A stretch of 15,271 bases of DNA from Candidatus Methylomirabilia bacterium (GTDB lineage: Bacteria; Methylomirabilota; Methylomirabilia; Rokubacteriales; CSP1-6), in NCBI GenBank assembly GCA_041496385.1, contig JBGQEL010000099.1, forward strand, positions 1-15,271, given 5' to 3'. Below, piece after piece: positions 14,637 through 15,271 of this stretch. Position numbers and translations under genes: made by a program. The notes beneath the pieces are model-generated. The model was not told the origin of the DNA. It ran no database searches and worked only from the letters and a program-made list of their open reading frames with translations. Numbering within the stretch: position 1 is the stretch's first letter; the number at the start of each line of letters is the position of its first letter.

Positions 14637-15271
14637 ATGCCGCTCCTCCAGTTCGGTCTGCTGCTCGGCTCGTTCCTGGCGCTACTCGCGCTCGGCGTGC
14701 CGGTCTTCTTCAGCATGGGGCTCGCGTCGCTGCTGTTCATCCTGGTCCTGGGCGGCGGCGTCCCCCTGAACGTGCTCGCCTCGGCGCTCGTGCAGGGGAT
14801 CGACTCGTTCGCCTTCCTGGCGATCCCGTTCTTCTTCCTGGCGGGCGACCTCATGAACACGGGCGGCATCACGCGCCGCCTGCTGGCGTTCTCGTCGTCC
14901 CTCGTGGGCCACGTGCGCGGCGGGCTCTCGCACGTCGCGATCGTGGCGAGCATGATCTTCTCCGGCGTCTCGGGCTCGGCGGTGGCCGACGCCTCCGCGA
15001 TCGGCTCCGTCATGATCCCGGCGATGAAGGCCGATCGTTACCCGCCGGCGTACGCCGCCGCCGTCGTCGCCTCGGCGGCGACGATGGGGCCGATCATCCC
15101 GCCCTCGATCGCCTTCGTGGTCTACGCGCTCCTCGCGGAGGTGTCCGTCGGGCGGCTCTTCCTGGCCGGCGTGCTGCCGGGCGTCCTGATGGGGCTCTAC
15201 CTCATGGCGGCCGCCTGGGTCATCGCGCGCCGCCGCGGCTTTCCGCAGGCGCCGCGCGCCTCGCTCGCGAC
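14637..15271 (+). CDS. dctM: TRAP transporter large permease, 3'-truncated
   Basis: Absent from the ORF track because it has no stop in the window. ATG directly follows the dctQ TAG. Translates as MPLLQFGLLL...'SFAFLAIPFFFLAGDLMNTGGITRRL...GHVRGGL...SGVSGSAVADA...GPIIPPSI...SVGRLFLAG'. Confidence 0.95.
   Translation, partial: MPLLQFGLLLGSFLALLALGVPVFFSMGLASLLFILVLGGGVPLNVLASALVQGIDSFAFLAIPFFFLAGDLMNTGGITRRLLAFSSSLVGHVRGGLSHVAIVASMIFSGVSGSAVADASAIGSVMIPAMKADRYPPAYAAAVVASAATMGPIIPPSIAFVVYALLAEVSVGRLFLAGVLPGVLMGLYLMAAAWVIARRRGFPQAPRASLA

Overview
High-GC, gene-dense bacterial DNA. The transporter-rich content resembles Candidatus Rokubacteria/Methylomirabilota, but that lineage call is only an impression. 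There are three blocks. (1) A + strand Dpp/Opp-type ABC transporter: a 5'-truncated family-5 SBP plus two permeases, with no ATPase in the window. (2) A tightly coupled 10-gene minus-strand run (11435->3618): SDR, ChaN-like lipoprotein, DUF488/YeaO-like protein, secreted hypothetical, stand-alone Lrp/AsnC RAM domain, atypical SDR, D-2-hydroxyacid dehydrogenase, PPOX/split-barrel protein, LLM oxidoreductase and a second family-5 SBP. (3) A divergent + strand operon: an atypical ThDP enzyme, apparently starting at CTG, followed by TRAP dctPQM (dctM 3'-truncated). The most striking unexplained structure is a 216-bp CTAG-flanked element of nested palindromes (3406-3621), sitting on the stop codon where blocks 1 and 2 converge; it looks like a non-autonomous MITE/REPIN-like element. 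No CRISPR array, tRNA, rRNA, transposase or integrase was seen.
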